A stretch of DNA of 64,000 nucleotides. It comes from Escherichia phage nomo. Below are positions 1-10,948 of the stretch, one piece after another; the stretch's first letter is position 1, and each line of letters starts with the position of its first letter. The DNA lies in sequence record MN850578.1, one strand, 5' to 3'. A program made the position numbers and the translations under genes. Below the pieces are notes generated by a model, which was not told the DNA's origin, searched no databases, and saw only the letters and a list, made by a program, of their open reading frames with translations.

Positions 1-2
1 TG

Positions 3-203
3 GAAGAGCTGGAGAAAGACCTCATCTTAGTGAAAAACAGTATGGTTACAAAAGATAAACTTGATTCCGTTATAGAGACCCGGTTAAGCAAGCTAGAGGC
101 CGATATTAACGACCTTAAGCAGGATGTCAGGACAGATGTCTCCGGCATCAGAGCCGATGTACAAAAGATTTTGCACATGCTCGTAGAGCATAGTAAAAGG
201 TAA
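3..203 (+). CDS. 3' end of upstream gene (partial), coiled-coil-like C-terminal fragment
   Basis: Frame open from window edge (..EELEKDLILVKNSMVTKDKL..VEHSKR) to TAA at 201-203; terminator follows. Confidence 0.4.
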   Translation, partial: EELEKDLILVKNSMVTKDKLDSVIETRLSKLEADINDLKQDVRTDVSGIRADVQKILHMLVEHSKR

Positions 204-213
204 ACAAAGGTCA

Positions 214-245
214 GAACGGAAAGGACTCCGTTCTTGCATTTTGTT
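214..245 (+). terminator. rho-independent terminator
   Basis: Stem gaacgga/tccgttc with loop aaggac, then ttgcattttgtt. Confidence 0.5.
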
Positions 246-292
246 CCCTAAAGTGTTAAAATAGTCCTAAGGAATTTTCTCAGGAGAACGTG

Positions 293-1336
293 ATGACTAA
301 ACCAGTTATCCCTCTTGATATTTGGGCCAATCAGGATGTTGTGCTTGAAAATACGGGAGAGTTGAATAAGTCTCAACCAAAAAAAGAAGAGAGATTGAAA
401 GGTTGGGATATGACACAAAGAGTGGCATGTGAAGTTGTTAACTTTGAACTTCACATGCTTTCTGCGTGGTTAAAGCATTTAACAGAAGATGTTGTCCCAG
501 GATGGGATAATAGATTCTTAAGGGTCACTAATAATCTAGCAGACGTTCCAGACAAAGCTGCTGCACGTCAAGTTCTCAATGTATACTCGCCTGAAGAAAT
601 GGACGATCTGTATGTTGACAAGTCTGGAGACATAATGACTCAGACTCAAACTTTAGGCCTTCAAAGAATCGAGTTTGCATCTGCGTCAACAGACAATGCG
701 GCAATATATACCACCATAACTCCAGACAAGACGACGATGGACTTCTGGATTATGGACAACATCGGTGGTGCTGACGGCACAGACCTTGATGATCCTTCTC
801 ACCAAATAGACGGGTTCCGTTGGAGATTTCAACCTTCTGGTGGGCAGCCTGTGTTTTCGGCTATGAAGCTCAATGCTATAACTGCCAACCGTGCAAGACT
901 GGCTATCCAAGGAAATCTTGAATGCAACGATGCAAAAAGTTCCTCTGCAAATGCCAATGCGGTCACGATACCAAGAGCCACTGTTAACGGACAACAATCC
1001 TGCGGAAGCGCTCAAATAGGTGGAAGAGTTGATTGTAACGATGAAACCGTTAGAGGCCAATATGCAACCGTTGGTGGAAGAAACGTGGTCCGCAGGGTAA
1101 ACGGTAACAGCGCAGACGGTAGTGGTAACCTTACTGTCCCTATGCCCAGTAGAGGGGTTGACGATGTAAGGATAGCGAACCGTTTCAAAACCACCTACAG
1201 AGAGTCAAGAGTCTACCCTGGACATGTGATGTGCTCTGGTAACTACGCTTATAAACACCCTTATCAAGGTGATTACTGGACAGGTGCTATCCAAAAACTT
1301 GTAAACGGTCAATGGATCACTATATCTTATGCTTAA
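293..1336 (+). CDS. putative tail fibre / receptor-binding protein
   Basis: ATG 293 six nt after AGGAG; 347 aa, Gly/Asn/Thr-rich; sits in fibre gene cluster; function by context only. Confidence 0.45.
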   Translation: MTKPVIPLDIWANQDVVLENTGELNKSQPKKEERLKGWDMTQRVACEVVNFELHMLSAWLKHLTEDVVPGWDNRFLRVTNNLADVPDKAAARQVLNVYSPEEMDDLYVDKSGDIMTQTQTLGLQRIEFASASTDNAAIYTTITPDKTTMDFWIMDNIGGADGTDLDDPSHQIDGFRWRFQPSGGQPVFSAMKLNAITANRARLAIQGNLECNDAKSSSANANAVTIPRATVNGQQSCGSAQIGGRVDCNDETVRGQYATVGGRNVVRRVNGNSADGSGNLTVPMPSRGVDDVRIANRFKTTYRESRVYPGHVMCSGNYAYKHPYQGDYWTGAIQKLVNGQWITISYA

Positions 1337-1347
1337 AAAGAGGGTAA

Positions 1348-1614
1348 ATGAAACTAACTCAGTTTTTATGGGGACTGGTTGCGGCATCTGATGACCCTAC
1401 GAAAGTATCCCAATCTAAGCTATGGTCGAACATAGGCATGGCGGTGATGACTGGGGTGTTTATTCATATGGGGTATAATGATACGCTTCCTGAATGGTAT
1501 GCGTGGATATATGCACCTTCAGTAGCCTGCCCCCAGCTTATTAGCAAATTCATCTCGCTCCGGTGGGGTTGCCAGCACCCTGACCACGTTAAAAACGAAG
1601 AGCAAAAAGCTTAA
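1348..1614 (+). CDS. hypothetical protein between fibre genes (possible fibre chaperone)
   Basis: RBS aagaggg upstream of ATG; 88 aa; context only. Confidence 0.4.
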   Translation: MKLTQFLWGLVAASDDPTKVSQSKLWSNIGMAVMTGVFIHMGYNDTLPEWYAWIYAPSVACPQLISKFISLRWGCQHPDHVKNEEQKA

Positions 1615-1623
1615 GGAGAAATC

Positions 1624-3369
1624 ATGGCGCAAGACATGACAAGCTTCGAGCAGGCGGTAGATCAAGTAATTGTTGATTCTGAACGTTTGCACTTGATTGT
1701 CAACGGTAACGCTGTGGATGAAGTTGTCGTAGAGGATGGGACCACTATCCCTACGGTACGAAAAGCCATGCTTGACACCCTTTATTTTAAAACGCCACCA
1801 ATCCCTTGGGCGTATGGTGCATCCACAACAGTTTTTAACCAGTTGTATGAGTTTAAAGGGGATACAGGCACTCAGTGGTGGTACGCCCCAGCAGCATCAA
1901 AATCTAACCCGGTTAGAATGCCAGCAGATCCTTCACAATCTCCAAACTGGAGATTATACACCGACTCTGCAGTAATGGCAAAATACTACGCAAAACTTAA
2001 CAGCCCAAGGTTCGAAGGTGACCCGCGAGTACCTACACCTCCAATGGACGATAAGTCAGAGTCCATAGCAAACACAGAGTTTGTTGTTGACTATGTTGAT
2101 AGCATATTTAAAGCCATGGAGGGGATGAAAGTTACTGTAGGATCTTTGGTGGTAAAAGGTCTTACAGAACTCGCTAACACTATAGTTGGTGGCACCCTTA
2201 CCTTACATGGACCTGTTAATGGGGCAGATTCTACTGCACGCTTTAGGAATCTAATCCTCACGGCAAATACTTCTACACTTACTTTTGCGTGGAGCGATCC
2301 TAAGCATGCAGACTGGAGAAGTACAGAGCTGCAACCTCATGAAGTGTCCACCCACAGGGTTATAGCTGACACTATAACTTCTGGGAAACCAGTGGCTAAT
2401 AATAACGATGTGCATTTTGATGGTCTGGGTAATAACTTTTTTGACTACGTGTACATTCGTGGTAATGCCATGAAGGCAGCAACCGAACCGACATTGCAGG
2501 TAGATGGGACCACCAGGGTTAAGAACCTTGAGGTGACAGGTACCGTTACAGGGATAACATACTCTGTCGATGGCACCATGATCTACCCTAGCTATATTGA
2601 AAGCACTGGTGATGCATTGATAAATGGCGATTTGGAGGTTGGCGGGTCTGTAGTTATTCGAGGTACGGCCTCTATCCAAAACATAGCTCTGAATACCTTA
2701 AGAGTCAATGAGCGTGCAACTTTTGAAGGAGAAGGGCTTACAGCCAACAAAGGTGTAATTACCGAGCTGACAACAACCACTTTAACTGCAACAACTGCAA
2801 ACTCTGAAAACTGCAACGTTACCCGCAACTTGCAGGTAAATGGAGATGTCAGTTTAAACGCAGCAGGGACTGGCACCACCTCTGTTCACAACCTTGAAAT
2901 ATCCGGCACGGTGACTGGGTGGTTGCCTGACTTCTCTAATGTCAACTTTGTCTGTAATGGCATTAACTCCAGTGGCAAGATAACCACCTCTCAAGAAATT
3001 GAGGCGGGTAAAACCATTACTGCCCCTACTTTCCACGCAGGAAAGGTAGATTTTGATTTAGAGGAGGTTGACGCGTCCAGTGGGACATGGACACCTAACG
3101 GGCAGGCCAGTATGTATGTTGTTCACGCGAAAGGGGATTTTACAATAGGACAGTGGCCTGGGACATCAGCGGAAGATAAACCTTATCCATTCACTGCGGT
3201 TATCTATGTAATTCAGGATGCTGTAGGTCACAACGTGACTTTGCACGATAAGTATGCTATCCTGTCGGCAACACCTGTTATTAACAACAAGGCTAACAGT
3301 GTTACCTTGCTGCAATTAACGTATTGTGGTGTTGGTGATATCGTAGACGTAGTAATTGCACAACGTTAA
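1624..3369 (+). CDS. putative tail fibre protein
   Basis: RBS aaggag; 581 aa with internal repeats (LEVTGTVTG, LEISGTVTG) typical of fibre shafts. Confidence 0.55.
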   Translation: MAQDMTSFEQAVDQVIVDSERLHLIVNGNAVDEVVVEDGTTIPTVRKAMLDTLYFKTPPIPWAYGASTTVFNQLYEFKGDTGTQWWYAPAASKSNPVRMPADPSQSPNWRLYTDSAVMAKYYAKLNSPRFEGDPRVPTPPMDDKSESIANTEFVVDYVDSIFKAMEGMKVTVGSLVVKGLTELANTIVGGTLTLHGPVNGADSTARFRNLILTANTSTLTFAWSDPKHADWRSTELQPHEVSTHRVIADTITSGKPVANNNDVHFDGLGNNFFDYVYIRGNAMKAATEPTLQVDGTTRVKNLEVTGTVTGITYSVDGTMIYPSYIESTGDALINGDLEVGGSVVIRGTASIQNIALNTLRVNERATFEGEGLTANKGVITELTTTTLTATTANSENCNVTRNLQVNGDVSLNAAGTGTTSVHNLEISGTVTGWLPDFSNVNFVCNGINSSGKITTSQEIEAGKTITAPTFHAGKVDFDLEEVDASSGTWTPNGQASMYVVHAKGDFTIGQWPGTSAEDKPYPFTAVIYVIQDAVGHNVTLHDKYAILSATPVINNKANSVTLLQLTYCGVGDIVDVVIAQR

Positions 3370-3377
3370 TATATCTA

Positions 3378-3403
3378 ACCGCTCCTGACGGGGCGGTTTT
3401 CTT
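3378..3403 (+). terminator. putative intrinsic terminator/attenuator
   Basis: Imperfect hairpin ccgctcc-tgac-ggggcgg followed by ttttctt. Confidence 0.35.
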
Positions 3404-3417
3404 ATCTGGAGAACACA

Positions 3418-6400
3418 ATGCTTCCAATCCCTTTGCTAAAACTTGGTCGTCATTTCCTCGATAAGAGGGGTGGAATTAAGGAACTTGCTGTTCTGTCATA
3501 CCCAATAGACAACAGTGATGGTACAAGCAACACAGTATCCTATGTAAATAGCTTAGCTATACTTTTTGATGATGGTCAGCTTAATATTACTGGCTATAAC
3601 AAGTTCGGAGAGTGCCGCACTGGGGATCGTAGCCCTATAAACTATCCGAGCGAAACAGCCTGGAATGTTGATCATGTGTGGAGAGCAGACCGCGCGTTTG
3701 TGATCCGGACTTTTGATAACCAGTTTTTCTACATCGGCTGCACTGCAGGTCTTATCGGATCCACTGCGGCAGGCGGTAATGATGTTTGCGTAAACGAGTG
3801 GACACCACTCCCAGAGCAGATTGTTAAAGGATTGCACCTTGACACCCACCCAGAACGCCTTATTGAGGTGATGGGCGGTATTAACAACACTGTCTGGGTT
3901 ATTGCAGAGGCAGAAGGTACTGGCATACTTAACCTGTATGGATCTGGTAACAACACCTACGGATCTTTGCATGTAGATAAAAATCAGCATGCAACTCCTG
4001 TAAAGATCGGCGAGACATCGGAAAATCCTGAAACAGGCCCTTGGAAAAACCCAAGCATCAACTGCGAGGTGCATGACAACTCGGTTATTTTTGGTGGTCC
4101 TAACGGATTCTGGATTGCAGGTTACGATTTCTTAAGAAATAACAGCAAAAACACACTAGTTTATCCAGCCGAGCATGTGACTCTTGACCAGTTTAAAGGC
4201 ATCCCGGTGGGCGAGACATGGAAAGGGTTCATGTGTGGACCTAATGGTGCAATTATAGCCACAGAAAGGATGCACAAACCTGATGACCAACAGCTTGTTA
4301 ACGTATTCTACGGGCAAGACGTCTGGGGAGATGACACATGGCGTTCCTTAAATATCACCTACACCCATGAGGTGATAATGGCTCGTGGATACGGCACAAG
4401 TGGCATTTTCTTCAATAATGGCACCAAACAGTATCGTGGCTTCTCTCGCAATCTGTGCAATGATATTGGTGCACAATCTGCAAACAACAGTCCTAGGGCT
4501 AATTTTATTCACTATCAGGCTCTGGCTACGGCTAAATACGTCGAGCAACGGATGCCAGTAAGCTGGACAGAAAGTGTTTATTTCCAGGGTATCCACAGAG
4601 AAGGTTTCTTAGGAACCTTTACTGTTGTTAATGGTAAACTTTGGTGGTCAGGTATCCCAAGGGGAAGTTTTACAGGCTCTAATAACCTGTTTGGCGGCAG
4701 ACTTAATAGTCAGGGGTTCACAGAGGTTCCTGAGAATTGGTATAAAAATGTCCCAGTAGACAGTTGGGGCGTTGATGATATTTTCGACGTTAATGGTGTT
4801 AGCAGTGTTAGCAATATCTACATTGGTGACACGGTCAAGATGAAATTGAAGCCTCAGCCAGAGGGAGCTACGTTCATCATTGACAAGATTGAACTGGTGA
4901 ATTCTGCAGGTACGGTTGTTACAGATGCAAATTACCAATTCTCCACCAACTGGAACCACGGCGGGGCCAACGAAGTTGTTGTTACCCAGTATAACAGAAA
5001 TGTTAACAGACGTGGCCTGTACTCTGTAAAAATAACCTATCATGACAAGCATGGCACAGGCAGAACTCACACGACAAGGACTTTGAACTGGAACACCATA
5101 GTTCCTGCGTATCCGTCCAACGGCAAGTGGCATACCGTTGGTAGAAACAAGCAGTTCCATGTTAACGATACTGTATACTTTGGGCTGAATGGGACCCAGC
5201 CTGCAGTAGAAGGGGATACATCGTATATGGTCAGACTCCACAGAATGGATGCTGGATCAGTCACTTATGATGTGACCCAAGAGATCTACGATCAAAGACG
5301 CGCCACGTATGACAATATTGTGAAAACACAAGCCTTGTGGGAGTTCAATCCTAATGGCAAGGGTGGTAAAATGTTGCAGGTTAATGAGCAGAACGGAACG
5401 TCGTTGACTGTTCACGAACACCCAGACCCTTGGCCTGATCCTGGAAAACCTCACCCGGGAGCTCGTACACTGAAAATTGTCAGCCATGATGCAGGATATT
5501 TCGGAATACGCTGGGAAGCTACAGTAAGATATGTCGACGGGACAACAAACAACATAGGGATTACACTTGGCGGCACTAGTGAAGATAGCTCGCTGAAAAT
5601 TGCCTACACGCCCAGAGGTATCTCTATTGATAATATGGATGTTGTTCGCAATGGTTACGGCGATGTGAATGTCAAAGTTACTCTTGGCGAACATCTTGGT
5701 GGGGAAAGGATCATCATGTATGCCTTTGATCATGATCCACGCACCAATGGAACTTATGCAAATCAGGCATGGAGTTACCTGATAAATGCACCTGAGCCGA
5801 ATACTAAAGAGTTCTACTATGGTATGAAGCGAGATGTGTGCAAGAAAACAGGAACACATGACTGGATTGCTATCTGCGTTAAAGATGAGCGCACAGCTTG
5901 GGATGAGCCTGTTAACAGATGGTTCATAGGTATTCCTACCAGAAGTGATAAGTATGTCGCAGAATATATTGTATGCATGGGCGGTACCAACCTAAACATG
6001 TGTTGGAACGAAGATGTAAACAAATACTCTGATTATGACTATATGAGGGATTACTCTTGTAATTTGTGGTTTAACCAAACTACAGGTTACCCTCCAAGAC
6101 AGGCGAGAGTAAACCCTGCAATCTTCACAGACACGCAGGTTTTCTTGACAAAACAGGCCAACGAGGTTCAGACCTTCAAGAATAAATACGATCCTAACAA
6201 GTGGTTCTACAACTGTTACGGCGCATTTTTCTGGGGACCTGGTGAGTTACCTGGTGGAGGATCTTGCTTGAATGAGGCAACTTACGCAAGTGACTACATC
6301 ATGGGGCAGGTCAAGAAGTATAAGATAATCCCCGGTCCTGAGACTTTGGGCAATGCAGTTGACCCTTATATCATCATGACTGCACTGAGATCAAACATGG

Positions 6401-9054
6401 ATGGGACATCCATGTCCATGCAAATTCCGGTAACAAACGGATACAAACGTGTTGTGATGATCATTAAGTGCGACCTGATAGGTAAACAAGTTCTTGCAGA
6501 AAACGGGACATCCACACATCCTTTTGAGATCGCTCTGCACTATCAGTTTGCTGACTCACCTTTTGCAGGGGATAAGAGAATATCTGATACAGACGCACAG
6601 CGTTGTAAGAAAGTATTGTTGGGTGCAGGTTGGTGGTGGTATGAGTTTGATTTAACAGACAAATTCACCGACACGTCTAAAGTTGTAACAGGACTTCGTC
6701 TAGACCTTGGCGAGAACATGCACAAAGCTGTTTGTGATGGCACCTATGGTGACCCTACAATATACCTAAAATATGTTTCTTTTGAGCATCCGGAAGATGT
6801 TGTCTACGGTCCAAAACTGAGATTGTTTGGCAGCTGGATTGCAAAAGATAGGGTAGGCATGGGTAAGAAGGTAAGAGGGTTCTTGGTTGATGCAGGAACA
6901 GAAGACATGCTGGTTAATGCAGTATGGCCTGAATTACCTGGGACTCAGTGGGACAACTCAGCCAAATCTATAAACTGGTTTAACATTCATAGGGCCATGT
7001 GGACCACTAACTGCTACTTGTGGAGAGAGCTTAACGATCAGGCCTTTGGATTCAGCGATGGTAGAAGGATGGCGATCATTTGCTGGACAACACTGCAAAG
7101 ATGTTATGACCATGACTATGAGATTGGGGGCAGGGCATGGAAAAATATCAGGGATAGAATCATAACCAATTTTGCAGACGACAACGGTGGTGGAGCACAT
7201 AACTTTGGCACAAGCCGACTCATCCATTTGAACGGATCCTCAGCCTACAAGAAAGAAGGTTACTCTGGGTCTATGATCGAGTGGGGTCTGGTGAAAGATG
7301 CTCGCGTATTGATGGGCCAGCAACTTGCTGCCGCAATAGGTCCCAGCGCAGTGCAGTCGGTTAAACCAGCGTGGTTCGATATTCCATTGTGGTCACCCGG
7401 AACACCGGGAACTGCTGCAATCAACCCTACCACTGGGGATCTGGAAATCTCCTGGGAAGACCTGAAGCAGGTCGGTGGTTGGGACAAAACAGGGTATCAG
7501 GTTCAATGGTGGAGGGCTGACGGATCTTTAGCCGCTGATGAGTTTGTTAAGGACAATTTCTACACTATGTCCTCTGCAAAAGCACAGCAATTATTTGGTC
7601 AGGCAACTCCGTCAACGATCACCATGTCTATGTGCTGTAAAGACAACAGGACTGGAGCTTTGGGGCCAAGGGTTGCTAAAGTTTTCTCAGGTATTAAATG
7701 GAATCTACCTGTCCAAAGTATTTCATGGAAGCAAATAGGTGATAACAAGCTGCTGGTTACCCCTGCCTGTCAGTTCAACGCAACTCTTAACGTTGATCCT
7801 GCTGTTGCGGCAAACTCAGCTAAAGCTTCTGACTTCTCTGTGTCTAACACTGCTATGGCAGATGTGAGGAAGATTGACACGCTGAACGCCAGAATTACCT
7901 GTAAAAACACTTATGGCACATTCCAAATCATCAACAACTTCACAGATGCTGATTCTAAGGTAGTGAGGACAGCAAGCCAGACTCTGAGTTTAGGAACTCT
8001 GGCCTATGCGGCCCTGATCACCGAACAGTCGGCAACACTCCAAGGAGGTGGTGTAGGCAAGTCCATTACAACACCTGTGTGGAAGCCAAATGAGTGGGTT
8101 GTGTTTGATTTGACTGTGGACTTCTCCAGCGATAATAACTGGACATGGGTAAGGAATTGTTTGTCACAGTTGATGGGCGGTCCAAGCTCCGTTAGTGATA
8201 GTCACGACTCTACTGACCCGAGTGTGTTCCAGGTAGGTAAAACTCACCCAGAGACTGGAGAAACGTTGCCTGACAGGAAGTATGCTTTGGTTTGCATCTC
8301 TTACGGGAAGGCAGATGTCGCCTTCTCAGGGACACACACTTATAACGGAACCTACAACTTCTCAAGGAAGTATAGTCTCAAAGCAGGGAACATTATAGAC
8401 GAGGTTGGTGCGCTGTATAATCCGGGCAACGGCATAGGGATTGTTGGTGGTAAACTGCAGATGCAGGAACCTTCTATTACCCCTTCCAACGTATCCGGGA
8501 TTAGAAAGACTTGGGAAAGTAGTAATACCAACATTGCAACAGTGGATGCCACCACAGGACTGGTAACATTTAAAGCTACTGGGAATGTCACCATAAAGTT
8601 TGTAGTTACAGATGATGCAGGGCGCAAAACGTCTTCAACATCTTTTACTGTCAAACAGATGGCACCACAGTGGAGAATGTGGATAGGTACAGCAACAAAC
8701 GGGGCATACCCTAATCCGGCAGGTACTTCTGGTATGAAGACTTTCTCTACAAGCAAACCGATGGAGTACGGCAGCGGTCCTAAGGTAGGGCAGATGGTGT
8801 ACTTTGGTGCGTATATTCCTGAAATTATAGGGCTTCCGAGAAGTCAGCTTCAGTTGCTGTTTGGGGCTGGTGTTGACGATCTTGCCACTTTCGGGTATAG
8901 CGACAACATCGAGGCTGCAAGGAGTTCAGGATGGGTAGGGTTCAGAATGGAGTCTGGAAAGGAAGGCAGGATTCTAGGGACAGCCTCTATAGGTGTTATG
9001 TTCCCTGGTGACCAGCAGTATCGTCTAGAAGCCTACGCAACCTTTTCTCGTTAA
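3418..9054 (+). CDS. giant tail fibre / virion structural protein (1878 aa) with Big_2-like Ig domain
   Basis: Single uninterrupted ORF; C-terminal segment TWESSNTNIATVDATTGLVTFKATGNVTIKFVVTDDAGRK resembles bacterial Ig-like group 2 domains. Confidence 0.6.
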   Translation: MLPIPLLKLGRHFLDKRGGIKELAVLSYPIDNSDGTSNTVSYVNSLAILFDDGQLNITGYNKFGECRTGDRSPINYPSETAWNVDHVWRADRAFVIRTFDNQFFYIGCTAGLIGSTAAGGNDVCVNEWTPLPEQIVKGLHLDTHPERLIEVMGGINNTVWVIAEAEGTGILNLYGSGNNTYGSLHVDKNQHATPVKIGETSENPETGPWKNPSINCEVHDNSVIFGGPNGFWIAGYDFLRNNSKNTLVYPAEHVTLDQFKGIPVGETWKGFMCGPNGAIIATERMHKPDDQQLVNVFYGQDVWGDDTWRSLNITYTHEVIMARGYGTSGIFFNNGTKQYRGFSRNLCNDIGAQSANNSPRANFIHYQALATAKYVEQRMPVSWTESVYFQGIHREGFLGTFTVVNGKLWWSGIPRGSFTGSNNLFGGRLNSQGFTEVPENWYKNVPVDSWGVDDIFDVNGVSSVSNIYIGDTVKMKLKPQPEGATFIIDKIELVNSAGTVVTDANYQFSTNWNHGGANEVVVTQYNRNVNRRGLYSVKITYHDKHGTGRTHTTRTLNWNTIVPAYPSNGKWHTVGRNKQFHVNDTVYFGLNGTQPAVEGDTSYMVRLHRMDAGSVTYDVTQEIYDQRRATYDNIVKTQALWEFNPNGKGGKMLQVNEQNGTSLTVHEHPDPWPDPGKPHPGARTLKIVSHDAGYFGIRWEATVRYVDGTTNNIGITLGGTSEDSSLKIAYTPRGISIDNMDVVRNGYGDVNVKVTLGEHLGGERIIMYAFDHDPRTNGTYANQAWSYLINAPEPNTKEFYYGMKRDVCKKTGTHDWIAICVKDERTAWDEPVNRWFIGIPTRSDKYVAEYIVCMGGTNLNMCWNEDVNKYSDYDYMRDYSCNLWFNQTTGYPPRQARVNPAIFTDTQVFLTKQANEVQTFKNKYDPNKWFYNCYGAFFWGPGELPGGGSCLNEATYASDYIMGQVKKYKIIPGPETLGNAVDPYIIMTALRSNMDGTSMSMQIPVTNGYKRVVMIIKCDLIGKQVLAENGTSTHPFEIALHYQFADSPFAGDKRISDTDAQRCKKVLLGAGWWWYEFDLTDKFTDTSKVVTGLRLDLGENMHKAVCDGTYGDPTIYLKYVSFEHPEDVVYGPKLRLFGSWIAKDRVGMGKKVRGFLVDAGTEDMLVNAVWPELPGTQWDNSAKSINWFNIHRAMWTTNCYLWRELNDQAFGFSDGRRMAIICWTTLQRCYDHDYEIGGRAWKNIRDRIITNFADDNGGGAHNFGTSRLIHLNGSSAYKKEGYSGSMIEWGLVKDARVLMGQQLAAAIGPSAVQSVKPAWFDIPLWSPGTPGTAAINPTTGDLEISWEDLKQVGGWDKTGYQVQWWRADGSLAADEFVKDNFYTMSSAKAQQLFGQATPSTITMSMCCKDNRTGALGPRVAKVFSGIKWNLPVQSISWKQIGDNKLLVTPACQFNATLNVDPAVAANSAKASDFSVSNTAMADVRKIDTLNARITCKNTYGTFQIINNFTDADSKVVRTASQTLSLGTLAYAALITEQSATLQGGGVGKSITTPVWKPNEWVVFDLTVDFSSDNNWTWVRNCLSQLMGGPSSVSDSHDSTDPSVFQVGKTHPETGETLPDRKYALVCISYGKADVAFSGTHTYNGTYNFSRKYSLKAGNIIDEVGALYNPGNGIGIVGGKLQMQEPSITPSNVSGIRKTWESSNTNIATVDATTGLVTFKATGNVTIKFVVTDDAGRKTSSTSFTVKQMAPQWRMWIGTATNGAYPNPAGTSGMKTFSTSKPMEYGSGPKVGQMVYFGAYIPEIIGLPRSQLQLLFGAGVDDLATFGYSDNIEAARSSGWVGFRMESGKEGRILGTASIGVMFPGDQQYRLEAYATFSR

Positions 9055-9072
9055 CAAGGGGGTAAATAAAAA

Positions 9073-9098
9073 GGGGCCAAACGGCCCCTTTCTTTTTA
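9073..9098. terminator. bidirectional rho-independent terminator between convergent genes
   Basis: Perfect hairpin ggggcc-aaac-ggcccc flanked by aaaaa on the left and tttcttttt on the right. Confidence 0.7.
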
Positions 9099-9101
9099 TA
9101 G

Positions 9102-9302
9102 TTAGTAATACTCCCAACATGCCCCATCTTCAGACGGCTTGACGCGCTTACCTTTATGGTCAACATAGGTATAGCCACAACCTTCACAAATAACAGGTGC
9201 TGCATAGCCTTCCTTCCACTGATCCTCAGTGATCAGACCTTCCAAATCTTTGCAGTCAAAGCCAAACAACTCTTCAGAGCAATCTTTACAAAAATCAGCC
9301 AT
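9102..9302 (-). CDS. small Cys-rich protein (zinc-ribbon-like)
   Basis: RBS gagga upstream; CxxC...CxxC pairs (CKDC, CEGC). Confidence 0.5.
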   Translation of the reverse strand: MADFCKDCSEELFGFDCKDLEGLITEDQWKEGYAAPVICEGCGYTYVDHKGKRVKPSEDGACWEYY

Positions 9303-9305
9303 TTC

Positions 9306-9713
9306 TCAGTCCTCGCATTTAACAAATTTTTCTATAGATCCACCAAGCACAGCTTGTTGTTTGATGGCACTTTCTTCATCATAGTGGATAGACTTATGTT
9401 CCGTACCTCCAAACTTACCTGTGTGGAAGGTGTGCACCCAAATCTCTTTAGGAAGGGATTTATTCTCTTCCTCCACCAACTCCCACATACCCCACAAGTG
9501 ATCTGTGATATCTCTGATGAAATATCCCTCGCCGAGGTTTGTATTCACACTGTAAGCTGATTCGTGATCTCCGCAAATATAACGGAAGGCAGTGTACTCT
9601 TTACCTGGTGTGAAGTGAGTATCCATTAGTATGGCTGTTAAAGAATAAGGGTCTCGAAAGCCCAAGAACTTTAGTTTAACAATTTCGACATTTACATCTG
9701 CAAGATTATCCAT
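9306..9713 (-). CDS. hypothetical protein
   Basis: Start moved to internal ATG (MDNLADV..) preceded by aggag; track start 9770 lacks RBS. Confidence 0.45.
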   Translation of the reverse strand: MDNLADVNVEIVKLKFLGFRDPYSLTAILMDTHFTPGKEYTAFRYICGDHESAYSVNTNLGEGYFIRDITDHLWGMWELVEEENKSLPKEIWVHTFHTGKFGGTEHKSIHYDEESAIKQQAVLGGSIEKFVKCED

Positions 9714-9874
9714 GACGATCTCCTCTGTTTGGTTGGTGAGAATTATATATAGATCTGGTGGTGGTGTCAAGCTTAATTTTAAGAGATCTGAGAGGGTATT
9801 TTATTCAGGAAGGCAATCGCACAGGGTGGAGAAATTTATGAAGGCACAGGCCTCGTTTGAGGCCTTAAATTCTA

Positions 9875-10255
9875 TTATGACACTTTGACATAGCGCTCTG
9901 ACAAAGCTGGGAAGCCAAAAGTAGTGCCTATACTACCATAGGCTATCCACCATTGGAGTTCATCGTGACACCATTTTCCGATCAGGAAGGTGCTGGGATA
10001 GCGGGTCAGTATTTTGGCATAAGCTTTAGGATCTGCATCTTCTGGGATAATGATGCTTGGAATATCTTTGTTATGACCACAGCAGCAGTTTAGCGTTTTC
10101 AAACCTGCTGCCCACAAACTCATGATAGGCTTAGCCATACACTTATCAAGGCACACACGTTTTTTGCCGTCACGAAGATTTTTAGGCACATCAACGATAA
10201 CATTTGGATGCTTGGCACCTTTCACTTTCCAATTATAGGATTTACACTTGCACAT
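9875..10255 (-). CDS. hypothetical Cys-rich protein
   Basis: RBS ggag 8 nt upstream; CCCGH motif; no family recognised. Confidence 0.5.
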   Translation of the reverse strand: MCKCKSYNWKVKGAKHPNVIVDVPKNLRDGKKRVCLDKCMAKPIMSLWAAGLKTLNCCCGHNKDIPSIIIPEDADPKAYAKILTRYPSTFLIGKWCHDELQWWIAYGSIGTTFGFPALSERYVKVS

Positions 10256-10481
10256 TTAATCAGTCTCCGTCTAGAAAGCCGCACTATACGTTTTTGAGGT
10301 ATACTTTACTTAAAGTCTTTATCACCTGCCACGATTGCATGAATCCACTCATTGTGATGCTCAATAGCGGTGAGATGTAACATGATGTAGTGATCGTCAT
10401 TGCCAAACATGATATGATAGGCTTTGGCAGCATTTTGATATAACTTCCACATCAGGTAATGATATCTTCGCCTCATGGCTC

Positions 10482-10946
10482 TTACTCCGGTGCAGGATCT
10501 GGGTAATCTTCAATAATAAAGGGCCATCCGTTCCGCTTAGCCTCAGACTTATACTCAATCTCCTTCATTGCAAACTCTAACTGATTCTTAGCCGGAATAC
10601 ATGCCGGAGAATCATCAATCCAGATATCTGGGTAGATATCAAACTGCGCCAGGTAGGCTGCCTTCTGAACACCACCTGTGTAGAACACACCAACATCGAG
10701 CTCCTTGCGCCAATACTCAATGTCTACATTGTCTTGAGTAATGAATCGGAAAGTCACAAGGTAGACTGTCCACCCCTCCTTCTTCAGATCCCTGATCAGG
10801 CGGGAGAAGATGAAAGGGCTCGCATTAAACGTTCCATCAAAGTCGATGGCAATGATGTGCGTGCCGTGGCGAGTCTCATATGGATTGCTCGTGGTAAGAT
10901 TGCTGTAATTAAAAGGGACTTCTTCCCCGCAGTAGCTGTAGTCCAT
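10482..10946 (-). CDS. HAD-superfamily phosphatase-like protein
   Basis: Motif I IAIDFDGT (DxDGT) and downstream IWIDDS; start taken at ATG after GTG. Confidence 0.55.
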   Translation of the reverse strand: MDYSYCGEEVPFNYSNLTTSNPYETRHGTHIIAIDFDGTFNASPFIFSRLIRDLKKEGWTVYLVTFRFITQDNVDIEYWRKELDVGVFYTGGVQKAAYLAQFDIYPDIWIDDSPACIPAKNQLEFAMKEIEYKSEAKRNGWPFIIEDYPDPAPE

Positions 10947-10948
10947 AT

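Noticed and set aside
3553-8756. Antisense ORFs (up to 200 aa) inside the giant fibre gene, for example 4648-5241 and 5257-5859 on the minus strand
   Set aside because: Fully embedded antisense to a long gene with no RBS; expected by chance in a 5.6-kb ORF.
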